In this document: one piece after another, positions 30,933 to 39,407 of the stretch
Layout: every line of letters begins with the position of its first letter
Position numbering within the stretch: position 1 is the stretch's first letter
Source: Candidatus Saccharimonadota bacterium
GTDB taxonomy: Bacteria > Patescibacteriota > Saccharimonadia > Saccharimonadales > SZUA-47
Direction: 5' to 3'
Length of the DNA stretch: 64,000 nucleotides
Assembly (NCBI GenBank): GCA_016700315.1
Contig: CP065013.1
Coordinates: 641,449 to 705,448 of the forward strand
The notes under the pieces: generated by a model
What the model saw: only the letters and a program-made list of their open reading frames with translations
Databases searched by the model: none
What the model was told of the DNA's origin: nothing
Translations under genes and position numbers: made by a program

Positions 30933-31078
30933 ATTGCCTGTGGCAGTCTGTAAGAGAACTTTTCAGGATACAACTTGTTGTATGCATGAAAATTCTGTGG
31001 GCAGGCGAAGCTTGCCAGAGCAGAGGGCCTCTGCTAGCAAAGAACGTACCTTTACTGATAAAATTTAGTTACCCAAAT

Positions 31079-31154
31079 GGCTCTTTAGCTCAGTTGGTAG
31101 AGCAGAGGCCTGAAGAGCCTTGTGTCCCCAGTTCAAGTCTGGGAGGAGCCACCA
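31079..31154 (+). tRNA. tRNA-Phe (anticodon GAA), CCA encoded
   Basis: GGCTCTT TA GCTC AGTTGGTA GAGC A GAGGC CTGAAGA GCCTT GTGTC CCCAG TTCAAGT CTGGG AGGAGCC A CCA. Confidence 0.9.
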
Positions 31155-31176
31155 AAATTATCAACAGATACGAAAA

Positions 31177-31207
31177 GTTCTAGAAAATATATTTTCTAGA
31201 ACTTTTT
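31177..31207. terminator. palindromic terminator (potentially bidirectional)
   Basis: GTTCTAGAAAATAT/ATTTTCTAGAAC followed by TTTTT. Confidence 0.65.
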
Positions 31208-31382
31208 AGTTTTCAATCTGTTATTTTAGTTCGAGTTTGTTGGGGTTGTATACGCGTGACTAAGAAAGAACTTTGTGAAGAGATTTTACGGGCTGCTAAG
31301 AATAGCTATAAAGAACTAGCGGATATACTCATTAGAATGATAAAGCAGAGCTAGATGCCTTACGGCTAGTTAAGTAACTAAG

Positions 31383-32363
31383 TTACTCCTTTAATTCAGC
31401 TTTTAAGATTACATCTAACGATTGTAAGCTACTAAATTCATAAAAACTTAGGTATGCAATAGACAGTGAGCGTGCATCGGTTTTGCGCAAGCTAAACCCA
31501 CGCCCAACAGATGCTAGTAGCAACGCATTTGCTAGCAAGCGCCCCGTCCTCTTGTTGCCATCTTCAAATGCTTGCAAGTACGGAATGAGTGAGAGCGCTA
31601 GTAAAGCCCTACCGTATGGTTGTGCTGCTTTACTAATTATGCCCAGTATCTTGTCTGCTTGTTCGCGTAATTGCTGTGGGCCAGATAGAAGCTTGTAGTT
31701 GCTTGCAGTAATACCCACTAGCTTCCTGCGCAGTCCTGATTCTATATCCAGGTTTTTACCTATAATTTTGTGTAGCTCTTCTAGAGTCGCAAAACTCACT
31801 GAACTTCTAAACAATTCTAGATTAGTCATAATAAATGCAATGGCATCTTTATGATTCAAAATCATTTGTGTTTCGAACTCTGTTCGGTTTTTTGCACGCA
31901 CGCCTTCAGTAAGCAACAACTGCGTGTCCAAAAGTGTATACGTATTACCTTCGAGCGAAGAGGACTTCCAGGAAAGTTCAACTGTAAGATGCTCGAGTTC
32001 TTTTGCAGATATTTTAGTTTCAGATACGTTTACGCCATACGGGAACAATGCGTCTAGCTCACTGCCATTAAGTGAGTCCAGCCAGTCTATGAATTGAAAT
32101 CTATATTGTGAATCGGGTCTTTGGTCATTGTCAAAAAGCTTAGCCGGCACGCTGGTCTGTAAAATGTTTTCATAGACACAGTTGTATTTTGGATTGTTAT
32201 TGCTTCCTTGTTTTGTAACTAGACCAAGCTCAACAAGGCGCTGAAGAGCACGTTGAACTGAACGTACATCGGGCGCATTAGGCTGCGCTGCTATTTGACT
32301 CGCCTGCATAAGCCCGTTCAATACATGAATCAGTGCAAACGAAGTGCCTTTGTTTAGTTTCAT
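31383..32363 (-). CDS. Fic-domain protein with N-terminal wHTH and a degenerate Fic motif
   Basis: The Fic core region reads QAFEDGNKRTGR, versus the consensus HxFx(D/E)GNGRxxR. A wHTH-like segment (RSVQRALQRLVELGLV) lies near the N-terminus. Confidence 0.7.
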   Translation of the reverse strand: MKLNKGTSFALIHVLNGLMQASQIAAQPNAPDVRSVQRALQRLVELGLVTKQGSNNNPKYNCVYENILQTSVPAKLFDNDQRPDSQYRFQFIDWLDSLNGSELDALFPYGVNVSETKISAKELEHLTVELSWKSSSLEGNTYTLLDTQLLLTEGVRAKNRTEFETQMILNHKDAIAFIMTNLELFRSSVSFATLEELHKIIGKNLDIESGLRRKLVGITASNYKLLSGPQQLREQADKILGIISKAAQPYGRALLALSLIPYLQAFEDGNKRTGRLLANALLLASVGRGFSLRKTDARSLSIAYLSFYEFSSLQSLDVILKAELKE

Positions 32364-32443
32364 ACGACAATTTTAACACGTATTTCATTTTTATTTGCAT
32401 TTTTGTCGCATGAGGGTCATCTATTTTTAGTGGTCTATATATT

Positions 32444-32869
32444 TCAATGCAGGAATACGTAGAGCCTTTCTAGTAATAGTGTAAGCACGAACCATGCTGG
32501 TATAAAATCTAGACGTATTAAATTATTCACAGAATACCTTGATCCCTTGTAATTATCCTCCCACGGACATTTTCCAAGTATCTTACGGAGGAAGAGTCCA
32601 AACTTGTACTCAAGTATGTAAAGAATTAAGGTATAAGCAACCCCTCTTATCAATAGATGAACAGCTTCGTAATAGTTTTCTGCAATAGCTAACAAGGGAT
32701 ATGCCAAGCCATAGATAGGTATCATCCATATATAGCTGTAACCTTTTAGGCTATTATCTTGAGACTTTCTAAATCTAGCTATTGCGGTAAAAACTACCTC
32801 TACGGTGACGCCAACACTAGCAAATATTACAAAGTAGACTATATCCTCCATCATAGGATGACTATACAT
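32444..32869 (-). CDS. hypothetical integral membrane protein (141 aa)
   Basis: Four hydrophobic helices. No motif recognised. Confidence 0.5.
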   Translation of the reverse strand: MYSHPMMEDIVYFVIFASVGVTVEVVFTAIARFRKSQDNSLKGYSYIWMIPIYGLAYPLLAIAENYYEAVHLLIRGVAYTLILYILEYKFGLFLRKILGKCPWEDNYKGSRYSVNNLIRLDFIPAWFVLTLLLERLYVFLH

Positions 32870-33190
32870 GAGTATCGACTATTGATCACGAGTTTCTTAC
32901 TGCACGGCATGAACCGCAGATGCAGTTTGAGGATTTATAGGTAAGAATGATGCGAGTTTATCTGAATCAAGGACTATTGCATCTACCTTTAGTTGTTCTA
33001 AACGATTGTTTAGCTCAATAAGGTCAAAGAAAATGTAGTGCCAGTTGCCCCTGTTAGAGTCCACCAGATAAGAACGTCAGCGATATTGTTGGCGTTTTTG
33101 TTTTTTTGGGACACAAGGTGAGCCTTGCGCTCGAGTAAGTATTCAAACATCCATATCAAACAATTAAGCTTTTTGCTATGCTTAAGCCAT

Positions 33191-33988
33191 ATGGCAAGCA
33201 ATATGAGTGTAGAACAGCAGTTGCTAGATAAATATTCTGGGGATATTGCTCAAATTACAGAAGTTCTAAGAAAACTCCAACACGAGATTCGTGACAGAAA
33301 AACAAAACGTGAGTACGGCGATGTAGTGGTTAATGTTCAGGGGGTCAACAAGGTTTACAAAGTCGGACGCGACAAAGTAGAGGCGTTAAAAAATGTTTCC
33401 CTAGAAGTGATGCAGGGTGAATTCTTAGCTCTAACCGGTACTAGCGGCTCTGGAAAGAGTACGTTGCTGCAGCTAATTGGCGGTCTGGATAAAGCCACTA
33501 GCGGTATTTTAACGGTTAATGGTGACGATATATCTAAACTCAAAGACCGTAAATTGGCCGAGTTTAGAGGTCGAACAATCGGATTTGTTTTTCAGTTCTT
33601 CTATTTGCAGCCGTTTTTGAATCTTGGACGCAACTTAGAAGTTCCGGGCATTTTTGCGCGCACTAAGCCTCGTTTGCGACAGGCAAAGGCGATGGAACTG
33701 GCGGAGAAAGTTGACCTTTCAGATCGAATCAAGCACTTACCAAATGAGCTGTCTGGTGGACAAATGCAGCGCGCTGCGATTGCTAGAGCCTTACTTAATA
33801 ATCCCAAAATAATCTTAGCCGATGAGCCAACGGGCAATCTTGATCGCAAAAACGCTTTTGCCATCATGGATCTTCTCTCGAGCGTTAGAGATACTTTCGG
33901 AACGACAGTTATTGTAGTAACGCACGATGCCGAACTAGCAGCTAGAGCTGATAGAGAAGTAAAACTGCAGGATGGAGAAATTGTATGA
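33191..33988 (+). CDS. ABC transporter ATP-binding protein (MacB/LolD/FtsE-like)
   Basis: GTSGSGKST (Walker A), LSGGQMQR (signature), ILADEPTGNLD (Walker B). The internal ATG at 33191 is preferred. Confidence 0.85.
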   Translation: MASNMSVEQQLLDKYSGDIAQITEVLRKLQHEIRDRKTKREYGDVVVNVQGVNKVYKVGRDKVEALKNVSLEVMQGEFLALTGTSGSGKSTLLQLIGGLDKATSGILTVNGDDISKLKDRKLAEFRGRTIGFVFQFFYLQPFLNLGRNLEVPGIFARTKPRLRQAKAMELAEKVDLSDRIKHLPNELSGGQMQRAAIARALLNNPKIILADEPTGNLDRKNAFAIMDLLSSVRDTFGTTVIVVTHDAELAARADREVKLQDGEIV

Positions 33989-35934
33989 TTCGAGTAGCAG
34001 ACTCTTTCTTGCTTGCCAGAACAAAACTAAACAGCAGAAAAATCCGGCTGATTATAACAATAATTGTTGCAGGACTACTCTTTGTCGGCTTGTTTTTGGC
34101 TTCTTTGATTTTCAATGGAGCGATGAAAAGTGTCGAAAAGTTTGGTGAAGATGGCTTCGGCAAAAGGTATATCACAAGAATCGATTCAAGCCCTTTTGGG
34201 GATGATTTTACGCTTCTAAGTGACTCAGACCTACTGGCAGACGCCAAACAAGCCGACAAAAATCTAGTAGAAGCTAAGACCGCTGAAGCAAGACGGTTAG
34301 GGATAGATTACGATCCTAAGACAGAAGTACTTTCTGTTAACGATCAAGCGATCGGCCCGATCGGTAAGCCAATGGTTCAAGAAACTCCTCAGAGTTCTCC
34401 GCTGATCAAAGCCAAAAGAGCCGAAGCTTCAAAAGCTTTTTTCGAGGCAACTGATGAAGTCGAAAAATCATATAAGACAGTCGGGTCGTACTGGATTGTT
34501 TCGCTTACAGGTATGAATTATGGGGCACCTTCACAGAACTTAGACTCAACTTCGATGTCCATAATCAGTGGCGGTAAGGAAGATTCAGAGGCGACTGGCA
34601 GCAGTATGATACAACCACCCTCAGGACTTAAAAGCTTTAGTCAGGGACTCAACGCCGCAAGTAGCGGTTTGCTAAGCGCTTTCTTGCTGCCGAATCAGGC
34701 TCTTAGCTCAGGGCCTGGTGAGCCGATAGCTGTAATTGCTCCGTTTTCTGCCGCAGAAGAAGCTTTGGGATTAGCTAAGCTACCACAGTCGAGTACAACA
34801 TCCGCGAGACTAGAACGACTTAAAGAGGTTCGGACAAAAGCTGCAGGCATAACTTTCCAGGTTTGTCTAAGGAACTCGACTTCATTGTCCAGACAATCCG
34901 AAGCGCAGTCGGTAGCAGAGCAGCTTGAGAGAAACAAGAATAACAAAGAATACATTAAGCCAGAACTAATTTACGCTAAGAGCGACAAACCTTGCGAGGA
35001 TGTTGTTGTTAGTAGAGACGTTCGCAGCGCTGACAGCAAAGCAATCGATCTAAAAAAGGAGCAGTTTGACGCGAAGTTTGGCAAGCAGCTTGCTAAACAG
35101 CGGATTGCAAGCTTCAAGATTGTGGGTATTGCGCCCGACCCACCAGATTTTTCTGGAGCTTTTTCGGTGTCTAGTCTTATATCGTCATTACTAGTCTCGA
35201 ATCTCGGCAGTGGCTGGTTTATGCCTTTGGAATCCAAAGATAAGATTCCGGAGTACTCTGAGATTTTTGATCAAATAGGTAAGGTCAACCAATTTTCAGT
35301 AAATAAGCTGTTTGAGTTTGCTTCAGCCGATGAGGCCAGGCGTTTTAGTAAAGAAAAAAGCTGCGATCTAGGCACTATATTTGGTGATCCAGCTCAGGCC
35401 ATAAATGGTTGTAAGGAACGGGGGACACCATTTTTTCTTAGCGGATTTGGCAGTAACAGTGTTGCGCTAGAAAGCGCCAAGAAATCATTCTCGGTTGGGT
35501 TTATTAGGGTGGCTTTGGTCGTTGCAGCAATATCTGTGATTATTACTATGGGGACGATAGGCAAAGTAATTGCCGATAGTCGGCGTGAAACGGCCGTGTT
35601 CCGCGCGATAGGTGCTAAGCGTTTAGATATTGCGCAGGTATATATGACCTATGCGCTAATGCTTGGAATAATTGTGGTTGTTTTTGCAGCAGGTGTGGCA
35701 TGGCTTTTGGCGTCTTTGGCACAATCTAGGTATGCCAGTTCGATCACAATTGATGCTCTGACTGCTTTTAATTCGACTAATTTGTCGAGAAAATTTGAAC
35801 TAGTTGGCATAGACTTTATGCAGCTCGCTAGCATATCCGTTTTGGTTTTGGCAGGGGCGCTTTTGAGCGCTGTTGGGCCGCTGGTCTCTAATCTCAAGCG
35901 CAACCCCATCAAAGACATGCGCGACGAGCGCTAA
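33985..35934 (+). CDS. ABC transporter permease, FtsX/MacB type with a large extracytoplasmic domain
   Basis: N-terminal TM, a soluble domain of about 450 aa, and a C-terminal FtsX-like three-TM bundle (RRETAVFRAIGAKRLDIAQVYMTYAL). Overlaps the ATPase stop. Confidence 0.75.
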   Translation: MIRVADSFLLARTKLNSRKIRLIITIIVAGLLFVGLFLASLIFNGAMKSVEKFGEDGFGKRYITRIDSSPFGDDFTLLSDSDLLADAKQADKNLVEAKTAEARRLGIDYDPKTEVLSVNDQAIGPIGKPMVQETPQSSPLIKAKRAEASKAFFEATDEVEKSYKTVGSYWIVSLTGMNYGAPSQNLDSTSMSIISGGKEDSEATGSSMIQPPSGLKSFSQGLNAASSGLLSAFLLPNQALSSGPGEPIAVIAPFSAAEEALGLAKLPQSSTTSARLERLKEVRTKAAGITFQVCLRNSTSLSRQSEAQSVAEQLERNKNNKEYIKPELIYAKSDKPCEDVVVSRDVRSADSKAIDLKKEQFDAKFGKQLAKQRIASFKIVGIAPDPPDFSGAFSVSSLISSLLVSNLGSGWFMPLESKDKIPEYSEIFDQIGKVNQFSVNKLFEFASADEARRFSKEKSCDLGTIFGDPAQAINGCKERGTPFFLSGFGSNSVALESAKKSFSVGFIRVALVVAAISVIITMGTIGKVIADSRRETAVFRAIGAKRLDIAQVYMTYALMLGIIVVVFAAGVAWLLASLAQSRYASSITIDALTAFNSTNLSRKFELVGIDFMQLASISVLVLAGALLSAVGPLVSNLKRNPIKDMRDER

Positions 35935-36180
35935 AGTTACTTCCTATTTGGCTTACAATACCGTCAGCATCGGGGCTTAATACATTTTAGCCCAACTAAG
36001 TAATTTTGTGATTGTCCGAGCCAGGTTTTTCATATATAATCTGTATCTGTTAGATATGGAATTAGGTTATTGTGCCCGACAAAAGAGGGGATTGTTTTGT
36101 CGGAAGGCCGCGAAAATTTTGTAACGTAATTGTAAACAAAAAGTCACGTCTTTTGTTTACATAACGGTAACTAAATTTTC

Positions 36181-36257
36181 GCGGGTTTAGCTCAGTTGTT
36201 TAGAGCGCTTCCTTGCCAAGGAAGAGGTCGAGAGTTAGAGTCTCTTAACCCGCACCA
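36181..36257 (+). tRNA. tRNA-Gly (anticodon GCC), CCA encoded
   Basis: GCGGGTT TA GCTC AGTTGTTTA GAGC G CTTCC TTGCCAA GGAAG AGGTC GAGAG TTAGAGT CTCTT AACCCGC A CCA. The T-loop has A56, and the D-loop has GT where GG is usual. Confidence 0.8.
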
Positions 36258-36258
36258 A

Positions 36259-36445
36259 GTTAAGGCCCCACCAAGCGTGGGGTTTTTACTTGGTTTGAAT
36301 TAAGTTACTCTCAGATTCTCGACCTAGAGGTCGAGAGTGAGAAAGTCCAGTGGACTTTTGCAAGGAAACTTACTGATGAAAACTTGTTTTCAATCACGTA
36401 ATTTCGGGCCCGCGGAACGTGGGAGAGTCTCTTAACCCGCACCAA
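36259..36445 (+). repeat. structured 165-nt insert ending in a 22-nt duplicate of the tRNA-Gly 3' end
   Basis: AGAGTCTCTTAACCCGCACCAA occurs at 36237-36258 and 36424-36445. The insert carries a hairpin followed by GTGAGAAAGTCCAGTGGA (also at 30721-30739) and a CUUG-tipped hairpin. Confidence 0.8.
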
Positions 36446-36600
36446 ATATCTGAATTATGAGCCGAAAGGCTCTTTTTCTTTGCCTCAACGATGGTTTTAG
36501 AGGGACCGTTTAGCACATAGGACAGCTTTTTATCCTTTAACTCAATGTTTGAAATCTCGTTATTTTGCAAAAATAGTATTTTAGTTATAAAATAAGATTT

Positions 36601-37311
36601 ATGTCCATTTATGATTGGGAGAGGGAATCCTTTACTCCTCCTTATGATCAATATTTAGAGGTTAATGAACTTCAAGCCCCGATTCAAGCAGAGCGTCGCT
36701 TGTTAGGAGGTTTCCTTAGAGGGTCAATATTGCCGCTATCTGTTGTTGCGGCTTGCGCTGTTTCTTTTACTGCCGGTAAAAGCTGGGCAGAACCGGATAC
36801 AAGCAGACGAGATGCGGCAGGGATCACTTCCGAACTAAAAGATCAGGCAAGATCGGTCGTAGAACTAGAAGGCTCTATTTCTTTCCTTGCACATAAACTT
36901 ACTGGAGAGGATGTCGCTGTACGTTGCGAGAACATAGGCAGGAGTAGCCAATTCGCTGGATACAAGGTCAGTGGTATGTACACAAGAACTGTTGCAGGCA
37001 AAAGTCCCAAGATTACACTGACACCAGAAATTTGCCTCGGCATTATCTATAACACATCTATGCCGTACTCTGCGGACGATCCGACTAAGTGGGGGGATAC
37101 GAATGCTATTCTATCCGTACGAGTTATTGCCCACGAAATTGCTCACGTTAGCGGGATCTCAGATGAGGGTGAAGCAAATTGCCGCGGTGCTGAGTATTTT
37201 CACGCTGTTGCACATGGGCTAGGTATCCGTGCGGCGATCGAGGTTGCCGATCCAAAGGAGCTGTATGCAAAAAGTGCTGCCCCTGCCATATATCATTCTG
37301 CTGGTTGCTAA
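36601..37311 (+). CDS. hypothetical membrane-anchored protein with an HExxH metallopeptidase motif
   Basis: One TM (ILPLSVVAACAVSF) and VIAHEIAHVSG. Confidence 0.5.
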   Translation: MSIYDWERESFTPPYDQYLEVNELQAPIQAERRLLGGFLRGSILPLSVVAACAVSFTAGKSWAEPDTSRRDAAGITSELKDQARSVVELEGSISFLAHKLTGEDVAVRCENIGRSSQFAGYKVSGMYTRTVAGKSPKITLTPEICLGIIYNTSMPYSADDPTKWGDTNAILSVRVIAHEIAHVSGISDEGEANCRGAEYFHAVAHGLGIRAAIEVADPKELYAKSAAPAIYHSAGC

Positions 37312-37345
37312 ACAAAACTATTAATGGGTTATAATAAGCTGTAAT

Positions 37346-37419
37346 GGCGCCTTGGCCGAGAAGTTAGGCAGAGGTCTGCAAAACCTCGTAGGCGGGAGCG
37401 TTACCCGCAGGTGCCTCCA
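37346..37419 (+). tRNA. tRNA-Cys-like (anticodon GCA, discriminator U), non-canonical T- and D-loops
   Basis: GGCGCCT TG GCC GAGAAGTTA GGC A GAGGT CTGCAAA ACCTC GTAG GCGGG AGCGTTA CCCGC AGGTGCC T CCA. The acceptor and anticodon stems pair well, but the T-loop lacks TTC. Confidence 0.6.
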
Positions 37420-37452
37420 AAGCTCTTTAAAAAATAATAAATTTGACAATTC

Positions 37453-37538
37453 GGGCGAGTGGTGGAATGGTTTACACAGAGGACTTAAAATCCTTGCCGC
37501 TAAAACGGTTGTGGGTTCGAATCCCACCTCGCCCACCA
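37453..37538 (+). tRNA. tRNA-Leu (anticodon UAA), long variable arm, CCA encoded
   Basis: GGGCGAG TG GTG GAATGGTTTA CAC A GAGGA CTTAAAA TCCTT GCCGCTAAAACGGTT GTGGG TTCGAAT CCCAC CTCGCCC A CCA. Confidence 0.9.
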
Positions 37539-37574
37539 TTTCAGAGAAAAAATCCAAATCTGCGCCCAGACTTT

Positions 37575-37683
37575 TGCATTTTTGGATTTTTACCCCCGCC
37601 GAATTTCTTTTTTGGATTTGGAAAAAGTCCGGTCGGGCAGTTTGCTGCCGCATTGCGGCAAATGTGCGGGAGTAGTGTGCGAC
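37575..37683. repeat. left arm of an imperfect ~105-bp inverted repeat flanking the aldehyde dehydrogenase gene
   Basis: ...CCCCCGCCGAATTT...GGATTTGGAAAAAGTC...CTGCCGC.TTGCGGCAAATG...AGTAGTG.GCG is the reverse complement of 39114-39219, roughly 80% identical by eye. Confidence 0.85.
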
Positions 37684-37714
37684 GTATCACTGATTAATAT
37701 GATATTATTTGACC

Positions 37715-39112
37715 ATGAAACTTGCCTCTACCAATCCAGCGGATAGTTACAAAATTATTGGTTATGTCGATGTATCTACACCAGAGGAAATAAAACAAAA
37801 GGTAGCCAGTGCTCAGAAAGTGAAGACCATATGGAAGGAGCTAGGCGTTACTGCTCGTATCGAACTTCTGCGCCCAATCCAAGCTGAATTTCGAGATCGT
37901 GCAACTGAGATCGCCGAGCTTATTAGCCTTGAAACAGGTAAGCCTATTGTCGAAGCACTGAGTGAAGCAGAACGCTATACTAATATTGAACTTGGCTGGT
38001 TCCTAGAAAACGGTTTGAAGGCTCTTGCTGGCGAAACTGTTTTCGAAGACGATGAGTCACGCCACTATATTGTCTACGAACCGCATGGCGTTGTCGCAGC
38101 AATCGCACCGTGGAACTTTCCTTTTGGCATGGCGATATGGGGCATTTTCCCTAATTTGATTGCCGGAAATACAGTTGTCTTTAAAATATCGGAAGAATGC
38201 CCATTAGTTGGTAAACTCATTGAACAGATTATCACCAGTCACAACTTGCCTGAAGGTGTGTTCGGCGAAGTGTACGGCGACGGCAAAGTCGGAAAGTTGC
38301 TTACAGAACAGGACATCGACCTTATATGGTTCACTGGTAGCACAGCCACAGGTAAGGCGCTGTACAAAACCGCAGCTAACAAATTCATAAAAGCTGTTCT
38401 TGAAATGGGTGGCTCGAGCCCTTGTGTTGTTTTTGATGATGTGGATATAGCTGAAGCAGCACCTATTATTTTTAGTGGGCGTTTCCAGCATAATGGCCAA
38501 GTGTGTAGCGCACTAAAACGCCTCATAGTGCACGAAGATATTGCTGATAAATTGTTATCCGAGCTAAAAATGCTTCTTGACCAACAGAAAATAGGTGATC
38601 CACTTAATCAAAGCTTTAATCGTGGTAGTTTAGTTGCTGAGCGGCAGGTGACACTCTTGCAAGAGCAATATAACGACGCACTTGTTAAAGGTGCCAAAAT
38701 CGCTGCTCAAACTAAAGTACCCAAAGACCTCAAAGGCGCGTTTTTCCCGCCCACACTCCTTACTAACGTCACAAGAGATATGCGCGTCTGGAAAGAAGAA
38801 GTCTTTGGGCCAATATTTCCAATTGTTACTTTTGCAACAGAGGCAGAAAGCGTGGAATTAGCTAACGATACACTTTATGGTTTGACTGCACGCGTTATGT
38901 CAAAAGACATTGATCGGGCCAGGAGAGTTGCAGCAAAAATTGATGCTGGTACAGTAAGCCTAAACCTTGAATCACGGTTCCTACCAGCTGATCCATTCGG
39001 GGGTTATAAAAATTCTGGTATGGGACGCGAACGCGGTATTCATGGGTTACGAGAATTATGCCAAATTAAAGTTATGCAGGAAAACAAAAGTATGCAAGCC
39101 GGCGAAGGTTAA
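37715..39112 (+). CDS. NAD(P)-dependent aldehyde dehydrogenase
   Basis: FTGSTATGK, LEMGGSSP (catalytic Glu region), GQVCSALKR (catalytic Cys), EEVFGP. ATG at 37715, or TTG at 37709. Confidence 0.85.
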   Translation: MKLASTNPADSYKIIGYVDVSTPEEIKQKVASAQKVKTIWKELGVTARIELLRPIQAEFRDRATEIAELISLETGKPIVEALSEAERYTNIELGWFLENGLKALAGETVFEDDESRHYIVYEPHGVVAAIAPWNFPFGMAIWGIFPNLIAGNTVVFKISEECPLVGKLIEQIITSHNLPEGVFGEVYGDGKVGKLLTEQDIDLIWFTGSTATGKALYKTAANKFIKAVLEMGGSSPCVVFDDVDIAEAAPIIFSGRFQHNGQVCSALKRLIVHEDIADKLLSELKMLLDQQKIGDPLNQSFNRGSLVAERQVTLLQEQYNDALVKGAKIAAQTKVPKDLKGAFFPPTLLTNVTRDMRVWKEEVFGPIFPIVTFATEAESVELANDTLYGLTARVMSKDIDRARRVAAKIDAGTVSLNLESRFLPADPFGGYKNSGMGRERGIHGLRELCQIKVMQENKSMQAGEG

Positions 39113-39113
39113 A

Positions 39114-39219
39114 CGCGCACTACTTCCTCGCATTTGCCGCAAAGCGGCAGCGAACCGACCGCCCAGACTTTTTCCAAATCCAAAAAAATTCGGCGGGGGA
39201 AAGTTCAAAAAATATGCAA
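39114..39219. repeat. right arm of the inverted repeat flanking the aldehyde dehydrogenase gene
   Basis: Begins 2 nt after the ALDH stop codon. Reverse complement of 37575-37683. Confidence 0.85.
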
Positions 39220-39328
39220 TAGTCGGGGCGGTCGGGGCGTAGTGGGCGCAAGCCTGCACCCACTTGCGTTACTCACCATTTTTCCTCAAAATAGGTTCTA
39301 GCGGAGTTGTAGAACTTCACCAAATATG

Positions 39329-39352
39329 AAGCCAGCATAAGCTGGTTTTTTT
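39329..39352 (+). terminator. rho-independent terminator downstream of the ALDH cassette
   Basis: AAGCCAGC ATAA GCTGGTTT followed by TTTT. Confidence 0.55.
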
Positions 39353-39407
39353 GTTGATTAGAGTAAACTTGAGAGGAAAAATAAATATTTTGTTATACTA
39401 AAAACAG

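Noticed and set aside
30793-31183. Track ORFs 30793-30987(-) and 30881-31183(+).
   Set aside because: They overlap tRNA-Phe and its fragment repeats and have no RBS.
37321-37697. Track ORFs 37321-37653(-), 37352-37675(+) and 37443-37697(+), and 39056-39259(-).
   Set aside because: They run across two tRNA genes and the inverted-repeat arms. The similarity of their translations (FAAALRQM.GSS) merely reflects the DNA inverted repeat.
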